A stretch of 63,817 nt of DNA, the filler included, from Octopus bimaculoides (taxonomy: Eukaryota): the NCBI RefSeq assembly GCF_001194135.2. It is 7 parts of 7 records of this genome, joined end to end, with 100 filler letters (N's around TTAATTAATTAA, not from the genome) between each part and the next. Parts side by side here need not be neighbours in the genome. Positions count along the whole stretch, not along the records: positions 1 to 25,255 come from NC_069000.1; 6 more parts are not named here. One strand, given 5' to 3'. This document shows positions 1-13,156 of this stretch, one piece after another. A program made the translations under genes and the position numbers. The stretch's first letter is position 1. Every line of letters starts with the position of its first letter. Under the pieces are notes generated by a model that was not told the origin of the DNA, did not search any database, and saw only the letters and a list, made by a program, of their open reading frames with translations.

Positions 1-57
1 ATATATAATTATACATGAGAAACGGGAGGAAGTAAAACATGGAGACTTACAGACGAT

Positions 58-390
58 GACTATTTAGGTACAAATATACAGATATCTATATTAAGTAGAT
101 CCAATTGACTCAGCGTACAAACGACAGAGAAAACTAAAGGGGTGGAAGAAAGGTGTTATAATTCCAACAGCTGTTTCTGAAGGCCTGGAGATTCGTGATA
201 ATGTTGGTGGATGTAGTTCATATCAATATGCAGCCGTAATCAGAGTAGAGAAGATCTTGCATTTCAGATCTTAATGCACAGAAGTTCAAAGATGGAAGTG
301 CATCACTTTGGCAGTATATTGAGATGAACTGCAACTATGAACATTATCATGGATCATCAAGCCCCCAGAAACAACTATTGGACTTATAAC
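58..390 (+). mobile_element. Degraded RTE/CR1-like LINE ORF2 C-terminal fragment
   Basis: Motif-like pieces in expected order across frameshifts: DYLGTNI (58-78, YLGS-like), VIIPT..G.E, FGSILR (W.GHILR-like), PQKQLL. Very decayed. Confidence 0.4.
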
Positions 391-1445
391 CCCTTTTTTC
401 ACCCCTTTAATTTTCTCTGTTGTTTGCACTCTGTGTAAGTTAGATCTACAAATATAAATATCTATATATCTGTGCTTAAATATTCATCGGCTGCAAGTCT
501 TTGTCTTATTTTCTCTTGTTTTTCATGTATACATGTATACATATTTTGTGTTTCATGCGAACATTATTATATTATATTTAATATATCTAGTTTGTTTATC
601 CGCATAATTACCTCTATATCCTGTCAACTTGATCCCTCTTATAGCAACTATTTACCATGTGAAATAGATCTCCCCATTAAAGACTTCGGAGTCTAAATTT
701 GAATATTTTTGAACACTACTATGTCTCTTCTATACTGAGGATCTCTGGATTTCCTTTCTTGACTATATATATATATATATAAAAAAGGCCTGTCTAAAAA
801 TAGTATTGGCTGTTTGAAGATTGTGTCATATTAAAAATATGTATGACTCTGAACTTCTAGATGCTATTCTANNNNNNNNNNTCTCTCTGTATATATATAT
901 ATATGTAACAATTATTGTAAAAGCTTTCAATCAAGATGTTTGTAAGAATTGCGCTCCTTAATTTTCGCGCAAACAATCTTTGTAAATGGAAAGATGCATT
1001 CAGAAAGAAATATATATATATATATAAAAAAGGCCTGTCTAAAAATAGTATTGGCTGTTTGAAGATTGTGTCATATTAAAAATATGTATGACTCTGAACT
1101 TCTAGATGCTATTCTAGCAATTTATTATGTCGTAACAGGGCAATCATTAAATCAGAAATAGCTTAAACGAACATGACATGAGATTAAAGACTAGTGTGTG
1201 AAAATCTATACATTAAAACGTAAGCTAATGTAGAAATGATTACAAAACATTGTCAGATACACTACACCGAGAGAATACGACGTAGAAAAGCCCTCTAATC
1301 TATCAATTTGTATGTCATAAATACAAATCAAGCTACTAAATTACAAAACCAAATAAACGTGTCGAATTGATGGCAAACGTGTCGAATTGAAGATTAGAAT
1401 ATAGATTATTATAGAGTTACATTAAAGGGGGGATAGAAAATGGAA

Positions 1446-1840
1446 TTTTTCACTTGTTTCATTCATTTGACTGTGACCATGCTGGGGCACCACCTTGAAG
1501 GGTTTTTTCTGTTTAGTCGAAGAAACCGGCCCTAGGACTTACTTTTTCTTAAGACTAGTACTTAGCCTAACAGTCTCTTTTACCCAACCGCTAGGTTACG
1601 GAGACGTAAATACACCAACACCAGTTGTCGAGTGTTGGTGGTAGGACAAATACAGACAAAAAACATACACACATAGATATATACCTATGCATATATACGA
1701 CGGGCTTCTTTCGCTTTCCATGTATCAAATGCACTCACAGGGCTATAGCAAAAGATACTTGCTGAAGTTGCCATGCAGTGGAACTGAATCCGGAGCCACG
1801 CTGTTGGAAATCAATCTTCTTACCACACAGCCACGCCTGT
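1446..1840 (-). mobile_element. SINE family A (tRNA head, CORE-like body, internal microsatellite, CR1-type tail), near full length
   Basis: Reverse complement starts GGCGTGGCTGTGTGGTAAGAAG (A box), then B-box-like GGATTCAGTTCC, GGCAACTTCAGCAAGTATC core and tail CCCCAGCATGGTCACAGTCAAATGAATGAAACAAGTG. Colinear with copies at 14583 and 20357. Confidence 0.85.
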
Positions 1841-2706
1841 GTCAATGGAATGGAAATAAATAAAAAATAAGAAAGAGAATAAAAGAGAGAAGAGAGGTGG
1901 GGGTATTTGCTTCTATTTAGGAAATGAGCAATATTATATAACGCGAAATATTAATAAGGCGATTAAATAATCAATTTCATTAAAAGTGATTGAAATCAGT
2001 TGTTTATGAAATTAACCATAATATATGCTAAATATTCTTAATAAATCTATGACTTCAGAGAAATGTGTGGGTGACAAATTCATTAATCAAATAAACAAAA
2101 TAACTAGAAGGGCAATGATTAGAATATACGTTTAAAAGGATTAAAAGACTAAACCAAATGGTGCAATCAAAGTCCTAATTAGTTATTGTATATTTTCTTT
2201 GCATAGCGAATGGATTTCTTGACTTCAGCAGCTATAATCTTGGCTCAGTAGCGATGTTTCAAATTTCTGTCCTGATTTTTACAAGCCGGCTTAGTTATAA
2301 GTCCTTCAAGACAGTATTAACGCACACGCACGCACAGGTTTCTGTAACTAAGGAATATCTATCTACCTAGAGAGTTACACGTCGCACTCCTTGTATATAT
2401 ATATGCTGTCGATAGGGCTGTTACTATTGTATTTATCCCAGGATAATATACTTTATGGACGTAGTGTGTTAAAAATATAATAAATATAATAAATAACTCC
2501 ATATACATGTGCTTTAGAACGAAGAGTTAGTCGTGTACAGAGCAGTAGTTAAGAAAATAAATGAGATAGGAAATAAACGATTATCTTCTGGACTTCATAA
2601 GCCTACAACTGTTTCTGCTATAAGATGCAGTGGACTCGTAGCAGAAATAGCTGTAAGTTAATAAAGTTCGTGAGATAATCGCTTATTTCATTGTCATCTC
2701 ATTCTC

Positions 2707-3056
<350 letters not shown>

Positions 3057-3064
3057 TGTATTCT

Positions 3065-3285
3065 TTTATTATTTTCCTTGTGACCGTTATTTGAATGCAG
3101 CCATGCTGGAACACCGCCATGAAAGTCTTTAGTCAAAGAAATCGACCCCAGGACTTATTTTTTAAGCCTAGTTCTTATTGTATCGTTCCCTTTTCCGAGA
3201 AGCTACGTTACGGGGACGTAAACACGACAGCGCCAGTTGTCAAGCGGTGATGGGGACAAACACAGACACAAAGACACATACACAC
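3065..3285 (-). mobile_element. SINE family A, 3' half
   Basis: gcagccatgctggaacaccgcc...tagtc...cgaccccaggacttatt...gttacggggacgtaaacac...ttgtcaagcg matches the family A body and tail, then runs into (CA)n. Confidence 0.8.
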
Positions 3286-3305
3286 GCACGCGCACACGCA
3301 CACAC

Positions 3306-3354
<49 letters not shown>

Positions 3355-4704
3355 TGGAGAAAGCGAGGTGGAAAGAAAAGAGTATAAGATCGATACTAAT
3401 ATTAACATCAATGGTAACCACCATTTCTCAACCTCTGAACACTATTGGCTATTTATTTTCAAAATGGTCGCTCGCTATTTTAAACTTTCTTTTCATTCTT
3501 TGTTGAACGTGTTTTTTTTATTTCCAGTGATTCAAACCTCTCTGGAATGATTGATTGATTTACTAAAAGATGCAAGAATATTATTTCGCAATATTAAACG
3601 AAATTTAGGAATTACCATTAATTTTATCATTACTCTCGGAACTTAGTTTACTCTGTGCCAAGCCGTTATTTGCTAAATTTGGAAATAAGACTCTAGGCCA
3701 AACATATTTTAAAGTTATTTTACTTTTTGTCTCATTGCAACATTTCGCCTATTATTTAATACTCATATAGTATCTATAAATTAAACTATTTTAGTGGTGT
3801 CACCCGAATGCTACCTCTTATTCCTCATAGAAATATGGATACACGAAAGCATAAGCTGGGCGTCCCTTCGACCTCAAGTACACTTACAATGTGATTTATA
3901 TGCGTCCACATAACATTTTCATTTGTATTTATGATTATAGCTTAACAATCCGTGCTATTCGGGGGTGGCCACCATCGCACGATGAATAAAACAGATGAGT
4001 AGTGAGAGTTTTTTTTTCTAATTTGGCCAACAGTAGTCTTGTTCGACTGCTGATTAGGGTAACATTTCTCTACTGATCCATTGGCGTTCCTTGCAACGTC
4101 AGCATTTTGTGCTAAGTCACACTAGTAAGATATTTTTGGTAGTTTTTTTCTGCCTTTATTATATAATAAATTGTTCTAATTTAGCCCTAGTCATACTTGA
4201 AATGCATAAATATGTGCATCTTGCGGCATAGAACGAAAAAAAAAACGCCGTACATGGTTAATAACAGATAAATCGGAAATTCTTCCACCTTTGAGAAGGT
4301 TGTGTGAATTATAGCCGCACTGATTAACATTTTTAAAGACAAGAGGAAATGGATAGTCTTTGGATGAACTGTATGTGCTAATCTAACTATTTTTGATCTT
4401 GAAGAAGTCAGTAAACCGGCTTTGAAAATATTCTAAAAATATTGTTCCATACATAGTCGATTATCTGTCTGCCTGTCTGTTTGTCCTGTCTACCTGCCTG
4501 CTTGCCAGTCTATCTATGTATTTGGTTGTATGTATGGCGTAATCGCTTGTGTATTGCGGCTGCTGTTGTAGTCCATCTCCGAATGTAGGAGCTGCTGTCT
4601 CATCAGACTCTGAAGCAGCACTGTAGATTTTTCGATCATTTCCGACGTGAAACCAGAGCCACCCGGGAGCACTCACCAATGTTGCTGATAAAATTCCTGC
4701 ACAT

Positions 4705-4920
4705 ATGTATTTATGCATGTATGCATCTATGTATGTATTTATGCTAGTATGTATGCATGTATGTACGTATTTATGTATGTATTTATGCATGTATGTATGT
4801 ATTTATGTATGTATTTATGCATGTATGTATGTATTTATGTATGCCTGTATGTATGTATTTATGCATGTATGTATGAATGCGTACATGCATGTGTGTATGC
4901 ATACATGCATGTAGGTATGT
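4705..4920. repeat. (TATG)n microsatellite
   Basis: Directly visible. Confidence 0.95.
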
Positions 4921-5325
4921 ACTGTAGTAAAGTCAACAATATTCTCTATAGGGGTTCACTGTTATTACTTCAAGTTTTATCTATCGAAGATGATTGTAAG
5001 AATGATCCGAGTATAGCGATTGTACGATTTTACGATTGTACGGCGATTTTTTTCTGAAAATTGCAATAAAAATTGTATGGGTCAAATGTAGTTATGCGAA
5101 ATGACAGTCTTCTTTCACTTAAAATTTCAAGGAATGTTGATTGGTAAACTTGCTGACATTGACGAGTTTCGCTGAAGAAGGAACCAGTCACCAACGTAGT
5201 TTCTATGCCATTTTACTGTACTCCATTTGTCGATTCTTTCAATATACATACATACATACATGCATACATACATACATACACACATGCATACATACATATG
5301 TGTGTGTGTGTGTATATGTATGTAA

Positions 5326-5360
<35 letters not shown>

Positions 5361-5842
5361 NNNNNNNNNNNNNNNNNNNNNNNNNNNNNNNNNNNNNNNN
5401 NNNNNNNNNNNNNNNNNNNNNNNNNNNNNNNNNNNNNNNNNNNNNNNNNNNNNNNNNNNNNNNNNNNNNNNNNNNNNNNNNNNNNNNNNNNNNNNNNNNN
5501 NNNNNNNNNNNNNNNNNNNNNNNNNNNNNNNNNNNNNNNNNNNNNNNNNNNNNNNNNNNNNNNNNNNNNNNNNNNNNNNNNNNNNNNNNNNNNNNNNNNN
5601 NNNNNNNNNNNNNNNNNNNNNNNNNNNNNNNNNNNNNNNNNNNNNNNNNNNNNNNNNNNNNNNNNNNNNNNNNNNNNNNNNNNNNNNNNNNNNNNNNNNN
5701 NNNNNNNNNNNNNNNNNNNNNNNNNNNNNNNNNNNNNNNNNNNNNNNNNNNNNNNNNNNNNNNNNNNNNNNNNNNNNNNNNNNNNNNNNNNNNNNNNNNN
5801 NNNNNNNNNNNNNNNNNNNNNNNNNNNNNNNNNNNNNNNNNA

Positions 5843-5900
5843 GCCAGCCATACCAAATCCTTGTGAGTGGATTTCGGAGACGCAAACTGAGAGAAGTAAA
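5843..5900 (+). mobile_element. SINE family A central fragment (5' part lost in gap)
   Basis: ccaaatccttgtgagtggatttcggagacgcaaactgagagaag versus ccaaagccttgtgagtggatttggtagacggaaactgaaagaag (reverse complement of the 20357 copy). Confidence 0.75.
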
Positions 5901-5934
5901 AGAATATATGTATACATCTATATATGTATGTACC

Positions 5935-5989
<55 letters not shown>

Positions 5990-7078
5990 TTGTGCTTGTG
6001 TGTGTGTGCGTGTAGATGTGTGTATGTATAGGTGAGAGTATTTGTGTACGTATCAAACCCACATATCTAAATGTGTATTATATTTAGAAACTAAAGTTTT
6101 CCTACAATTCCCATGAATTCAGAAAATTTATTTATCAATGCAAGATTTCGCAAAATTCCCTAGATCAAACTTTCGCCCGGTCTTTCATTAGTGTGTCACG
6201 TGGTAATTATTTATGTAGTATCGTAGGAAATATAAAGCAAATCAAATATATTCTTATAAAGTTGTAGAAATTTTCCTTTTCTGTGCTGGTTAAAACTAAT
6301 TCAAATGATTTAACAGTTAATTCTACACATGAATGTGAGATCTGGTTGTAACAGTTGCGCACAATACAAATTCCTTATAATGTTTCTACTGATGAAATTG
6401 CAATTTGGCACATTTTGGGGAAACAGTTGGTGATTTAGTTGTAATTGGATCAGCACTTCCACTATTTGTGAATTGCTGTGTGATTGAGTGGGGCATTTTA
6501 TGTTGTTTTGGTTCAGAATCTTGTTATTTATACTCAGAGGATAAACGCTTGAACAAATGTTCTAACAATTTTTAGAATTGTAGTTGTACCTGGAATAGGT
6601 TTTTATCAATCAACATTATACCTTGTTTTGCGTTTAACAAGAAATCTCAGTGTGATTTAGTAGTTTAGGATTTCTTGAAAACCACTATTTCTTCTTAACG
6701 ATTTCTTGACGTATTCCAAATTTTCATTAAAACTTTTCCCAAGAATAAATTAGAGATTTTTAAGGATGGCTGAATAATTTGAAGGTTCTTACTGTTTTAA
6801 CTAATATAATGTATGGCGGAGTGTAACATTCTTCTATTACAAATAGCTCCACAAGGTTACTAACTGCAGTCGTAACCTTCTGTTTCTTGTTCACGGCCAA
6901 TAATGGCGTAATATTTTTCTATTTCATATAGCAAGTGTTGAGAAAGAAGAGATTGATTTTGATGCCAGAAAATTGTTTCAGTATCAACTTTTTATAGATG
7001 ATAGATTTAAAAAATTTCATAGTTTCATTTAGAATAGATTCAATGACAGACAGGTAATAATCGTAGATATCGATCTGA

Positions 7079-7109
<31 letters not shown>

Positions 7110-7789
7110 CGCACTTGTGTGCGCACTCTCTCACACATACACGCACGCACACATATATATATATATATCAACCACATATACCTAACGCACGATAGGCCGT
7201 GACATGGTGCGGTCGAGAATACCCTCTCAAAGCGCCGGGTTTTATAACATCTGATAGTCATGGACAAGCGAGATAACTCAACTCCAATCCCATCTGGGAA
7301 TGATTGATAACGACGTCTCGCCAATTCTGTGGCTTGTTAACATCACGTACCCGAAGAGGGTCGCGAATAAGTCCATAGCTTATATGAGCATAGCTGGCAA
7401 ACCGTGTGCAGGTATGCCTGGACAAATCATACGTAAGAATATATTCATATATGAAATAGAAGTAGTGCTAGCGTAATAAACATATACTGAACGCGGAAAA
7501 CCCGTGTAATTGCCGATAAGCTGCAAATTTCATTCCATGCTACTCACATTGGACGCGTAACTTTTCTAGCTGCCTGATATGGAATCTCTTTAATAAGGTA
7601 CTTGATCAAAGTATGCTTGAAACAAGCGCTTACTTAAGTTGTCTTATTAGAAATTAGATTGTTATTAGGATGTGTAAGTAGAGATGAGCACTCGGAAAGC
7701 ATGGTAACCAAATTAAGAACAGAAACGAACACGTTTAGAAAGATATTATTTATTAAGAAAGAGGGAAGACGGACATTCTGATGCTTGTA

Positions 7790-8100
7790 GATACCGTACG
7801 ATATTGTCCAGTAGCGTTATGTGCCTGGAAGAAGGTGGATGTGAGAATGTTGGACATCTTAGGTGTAAACTGTTAGTACAGGAACAATAGAACACAAATC
7901 AACTACAAGAAAGCAGTTCGCTAGAAAATGGAATTACATACTGTGAGTAAGAAAGAAGAATGTGTTGAACATGAGTAACAATTTGTGGAGGAGGAATACA
8001 GGATGATATAAGAATTGATGAAGACTCATTTCGCGCGCTGAACCTCGCGAATGATGTGATAAAGGCTGCAGAAAATAGCGAGAAGCTAAGCTACAGAAGA
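7790..8100 (+). mobile_element. Possible highly decayed RTE LINE 3' ORF2 remnant
   Basis: RMLDILGVN and ELMKTH/RALNL pieces resemble the RTE C-terminal pattern (RML..., ...W.E.VK.DL..L.L). Many stops. Confidence 0.3.
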
Positions 8101-9031
8101 CTTGTACAACTCATGACAGCATGAAAAAATAAATGAGAAAGTAAGGATGAAGATGATGACGGTAACAGCTTTATACTCAAATAAAAATTTATAAAATAGT
8201 ATTGAGTAAATACTTGCAACATCAAAATGAACATGATTAAGTATTTGCTTCGTAACATATAACACTGAAATTCCTGTTATTTCATTACGAAAACTTTTTC
8301 TCGTGCCTTCATCTGTTATCAGTTTGGCCGACTTCTCTTGAGTGCAGCCATAAAATTTAAGAGTAACATTCTTTGGCTGAAGGTTACATAACCAATCTAT
8401 TAACTTAATAACGTTTGATGCGTTCTTATATTAATGCCGTTTCCTTATCGTTCACAAGTCTGTAATAATTATGTTTTCTATCAGAGATGCAAAGAAAACA
8501 AAAAGGTATGGTGTTAATCGACGCAGTCGATTAAATCTATCTCCACTACCTTTACTTAACAGAAAGGTTGAACACGCGCAAAGTTAGTGTAGCAGCACTT
8601 CGCTTCGAAACATAAAAGGGATGTAACAAATTAATATGAAACTTTTTTCTGATATTCTATAGAGGCAATATTTCCAGCAGAAACTTGCTGAACTTTCACA
8701 AGACAGGGAAAGCCAGGTTATCTGAGAGAACTCCCTGTCTGTCTGCTTTTGGGGTAAATATATTATTTTCGAGGGCGTATGACTTTTTCCTTCCTTTCTT
8801 CTTACACTGCACTGTACCTGAAAGTTCCTTCGTTATGTTCATTCTCCGTGTCCCTCTTATTTTCGAAAGACGATGGAGCAGCATAAGCTTTTGCGATCAG
8901 GAGAAAGGACATCTGGTCATCATCGTCCGGTACTAAAGATAAGGATTGATCTTCGGTGATTCCTAGAGATCTAATCACTTATGCAAATAGTGGTACGCTA
9001 CAAACCACTGCATCCGAGACGAGTTGTACTG

Positions 9032-9084
<53 letters not shown>

Positions 9085-9644
9085 NNNNNNNNNNNNNNNN
9101 NNNNNNNNNNNNNNNNNNNNNNNNNNNNNNNNNNNNNNNNNNNNNNNNNNNNNNNNNNNNNNNNNNNNNNNNNNNNNNNNNNNNNNNNNNNNNNNNNNNN
9201 NNNNNNNNNNNNNNNNNNNNNNNNNNNNNNNNNNNNNNNNNNNNNNNNNNNNNNNNNNNNNNNNNNNNNNNNNNNNNNNNNNNNNNNNNNNNNNNNNNNN
9301 NNNNNNNNNNNNNNNNNNNNNNNNNNNNNNNNNNNNNNNNNNNNNNNNNNNNNNNNNNNNNNNNNNNNNNNNNNNNNNNNNNNNNNNNNNNNNNNNNNNN
9401 NNNNNNNNNNNNNNNNNNNNNNNNNNNNNNNNNNNNNNNNNNNNNNNNNNNNNNNNNNNNNNNNNNNNNNNNNNNNNNNNNNNNNNNNNNNNNNNNNNNN
9501 NNNNNNNNNNNNNNNNNNNNNNNNNNNNNNNNNNNNNNNNNNNNNNNNNNNNNNNNNNNNNNNNNNNNNNNNNNNNNNNNNNNNNNNNNNNNNNNNNNNN
9601 NNNNNNNNNNNNNNNNNNNNNNNNNNNNNNNNNNNNNNNNNNNN

Positions 9645-9757
9645 GTCGGCCCGACGCTATAGTAGAATACACTTGCCCAAGGTGCCACGCAGTGAGACTG
9701 AACCCAGAACCATGTGGTTGGTAAGCTAGTTACTTACCACATAGCCACTCCTGTGCC
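9645..9757 (-). mobile_element. SINE family A head
   Basis: cacttgcccaaggtgccacgcagtgagactgaacccagaaccatgtggttggtaagc...cttaccacatagccactcctg; the body is in the gap. Confidence 0.85.
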
Positions 9758-10152
9758 TTTGTTTTATTGATCTAATGCTTTTTTTTTTTTAGCGACCATC
9801 GCATACGCATAAGTGCAATTATTTAACGTCTGCTCACTTAAGAAATATTGATATTTATTTATAAGGGTTAATTTAGCCTAAACTCTGGATTCACAAGAAA
9901 CACGATTGCAAGCTGCTCGAGAAAGGATGCGCAGATATAGAACACAGATCAGCGAGATACAGCGAAAAAAAATAATAAAAAGAGGAAGAAGACAATGACA
10001 ATGGAGACGTGAAAAAATGAATGTAGACGAACGTGAAAAATATTTTAAGAAACTAAGTTATGAATGCTATAAAAACACACATCATACTTTCTTTCTTAAG
10101 TAGGTTCTCTTCATTTTTTAAAATTCCGTGAGATTTCCACGGGTTCCACTAG

Positions 10153-10160
10153 TTGTTGTT

Positions 10161-10202
<42 letters not shown>

Positions 10203-10270
10203 TTGGTGATGGTGGTGGTGGTGGTGGTGGTGGTAGTAGTAGTGGTAGTAGCAGTAGCAGCAGCAGTAGA
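10153..10270. repeat. (TAG)n/(TGG)n/(CAG)n microsatellite
   Basis: Directly visible; abuts the R4/Dong fragment. Confidence 0.95.
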
Positions 10271-10299
10271 TGAAGTAAACAAATGAATAAGAAAGAGTA

Positions 10300-11068
10300 A
10301 ACAGTTATATAAAGAAGAAAGAATAAGCAATTTGAAAAGGAAATCACTTCATGGTCAATACCTCAGAGAAATCGAGGGAAAAGACAAGACCAGGACTTTG
10401 AGATGGCTAAGAAAAAATGATTTGAAAGGATACACTGAGGCATTGATATGCAGCGCACAGGAACAAGCTCTGACAACTAATTACACCAAGTTCCAAATAG
10501 ATAAGAAGCGAATTGTCCCTTTGTAGGATGTGTGACAGCGAAAAAATGAAACAGTTTCACATATCGGGAGTGATTGTAACAAGATGGATCGAGAGAACTA
10601 CAAAAGGAGGTACAATAACGTGGCCGCTGGAGGCTTTATGAAATGTACAGCTTGAACAGGACATAGAAATGGTACGAACACGAACCAGGAGTCACGAAAA
10701 CAAGGAATATAAGATACTGTGAGAATTTACAATCCAATGTGACTCCCTAATCAATGCTCAGAGACTAGATAGTATTATGTAAGATAAAGGAGAAATGGAA
10801 ACCAAGATTATAGATATTACAATACCTGAGGATGCATGCATAAATGGCAAATAACTAGAAAATATTGGAAAGTACAGACACAGTTGCAATAATGTGGAAT
10901 ATGAGGAGAATGTATGCTATCCCAGTAGTTGTAGGGGCACCCGGGGTACTAATAATATTCAGAGAAGTCGGAATTGACACGAGACCCTGCGAGACCTTTG
11001 CCAACAGGCTGCTGTCCGTTCTCACGGAATTAATCGGATCAAGTAAGATCGAGGGCTCTGGGGAGTAA
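10300..11068 (+). mobile_element. R4/Dong-clade (RLE) non-LTR retrotransposon, 5'-truncated 3' part: zinc knuckle plus restriction-like endonuclease, pseudogenised
   Basis: KSLHGQYL..WLRKNDLKGYTEALICSAQEQALTTNY (LHGQ/AAQDQAL.T motif), CRMC..ETVSHI..C (CCHC knuckle), WYEHEP, KIL*EFTIQCD, KIIDITIP (PD..D-like), MWNMRRMYAIPVVVGAPG. Confidence 0.9.
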
Positions 11069-11721
11069 AATGAGATATAAATTATAATAAAACAGATGTT
11101 GCGACGTATGTCTTCGCAAAATTTCAATATCCAATACTACCGGAGCCAAAACCAAATGAATAATGTAACATTATAAGAATAGCAATATGTAATGGGCTTT
11201 GTTATTTTAAGTATTAATTCTGCATGTTCCACGCAAAACATGTTGATGATATTGCACAGATGTGTGCAAAAAACAAATATGGAATTAAATTTTGAATGTA
11301 ATCGGAACAAATCTATCCCAGTTAGTACCATTAACAATTATTCTAAATATTACAAGTGATCACTGCAAACAAAATACATCATTTAAATAATTTATACACA
11401 TGCTAAAATGAAGAAGTGAACACTGGAGACAAAAGAGAAATAATCGAAAGTAAATTTTCAACACAACAGATCAAGATGAAACAAAATTTATCTCCCAAAA
11501 CAGCTAAACTACTTCCAGAGGGACATCAAATAGAAAAAAACTCCAAAACAAGAGTTGCATAAAGTGATTTTATTGAGCTTGTTATGCGAATGTAATGATT
11601 TAAATGTTTTTCTCCCAAAATATTAATTCTGGACAGAATGGCTGGCCATTTATTTCGCACAAAAGCAGTATAAAATCAAATGTTGGACCAATGAACACTC
11701 TTTTGAAGGGGCATATTCCTG

Positions 11722-11723
<2 letters not shown>

Positions 11724-11796
<73 letters not shown>
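11724..11796. repeat. (CA)n microsatellite
   Basis: Directly visible. Confidence 0.95.
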
Positions 11797-11798
<2 letters not shown>

Positions 11799-11849
11799 TA
11801 AACAAAAATACATCAACTAGGCATGCACATGCACACCATCAAAATGACC

Positions 11850-13125
11850 CATGAATTATGGAAAATAGAAAAAAAAGTAAGGAAAATATCATTGCAAATA
11901 TAGTTATGAATGTATGCAGATTTTTTGTAACCAATGTAGATGCAAAATTTTAAATACAAGGATTCAGAGAAGGAATATGCAAAGAGATAAAAGAAAAAAA
12001 ACTGACAACAAATGAAGAAGATAACCAATCACAAACCAATGAAATCATAACAATACAGTAACAAGCACCACATACAAAACGAGGAAATTCCCATAAAAAT
12101 AACACAGCAATATCAACCACGCATACAACAATTGAACAAATTCCCGCTCGAAACAATGGAAACACTACAGAAACCACTATACAAAAAAAAAACAAAGAAA
12201 GCATTCCAGTAAATCAAAAGAAACTGTAATCTAAAATGTTGAGGAAGACCATAGGATTCCTTATAAAAACATTGAACTACATAGATTACCATAACAAAAT
12301 ATAACCGTGCTTGCATACCTAACAACAACTAGAATATAATTATATATTACAACAGATCAACCAGAGTGAACGTTAAGGAAGACCTAACAGAAGCAATATA
12401 GTCGATAAAAGAAGAGAGCATAAGATATTTGATGAGCACGCACGCATAACGTAAATCCTGTTCAAGCTACAGAGAACAAACAACTGTACAAAGGAATAAA
12501 TAAAAGCAACAGAGTTTGGTAGCAAATTCTGTCCACGGAAACAAACAAGGTGAATACCAACAGACCGGATGATTCAGTAACAGCGGTAGTGAATAGGCAA
12601 AAAAAAAAAAAAAATAGTGTTGAATTTAACTGAATCAGCTCCCAGTTTGCAAAAAAAAAAAAAAAAAAAATACGTGATAAAATTGCAATAAATTACAGTG
12701 CTATCGCTACCTAAAAGAAGAATCAACCATGAAAAAATGAAAAGGGTACATAAAAGAAGGACTCAAATAATTACTAAGTATATAAAAATAGAAGATACTC
12801 TGGAAGCAAAAGAAAAGCTTAAGCAAATCCTATCAGTGAAGCAGAGATGATAAGATGCTTTAAAAATTATGAATGTTTCTTCCCAAAGAACAAAATATTT
12901 GTATGAAATAAAAAAATTTAAAAGGCCACGAAGAAAGACACACGTACGTATATGCGTACGTACACACACACACACACACATATAATAATAATAATAATAA
13001 TTATATATATACANNNNNNNNNNNNNNNNNNNNNNNNNNNNNNNNNNNNNNNNNNNNNNNNNNNNNNNNNNNNNNNNNNNNNNNNNNNNNNNNNNNNNNN
13101 NNNNNNNNNNNNNNNNNNNNNNNNN

Positions 13126-13156
<31 letters not shown>

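Noticed and set aside
763-1116. Exact duplication of about 91 bp (781-871 and 1026-1116)
   Set aside because: Both copies follow (TA)n and the first ends at an N gap, which is typical of a misresolved contig end rather than a biological repeat.
8981-8988. Octamer ATGCAAAT (also near 59779) as an snRNA or histone enhancer
   Set aside because: No snRNA or histone gene nearby; expected by chance in AT-rich DNA.
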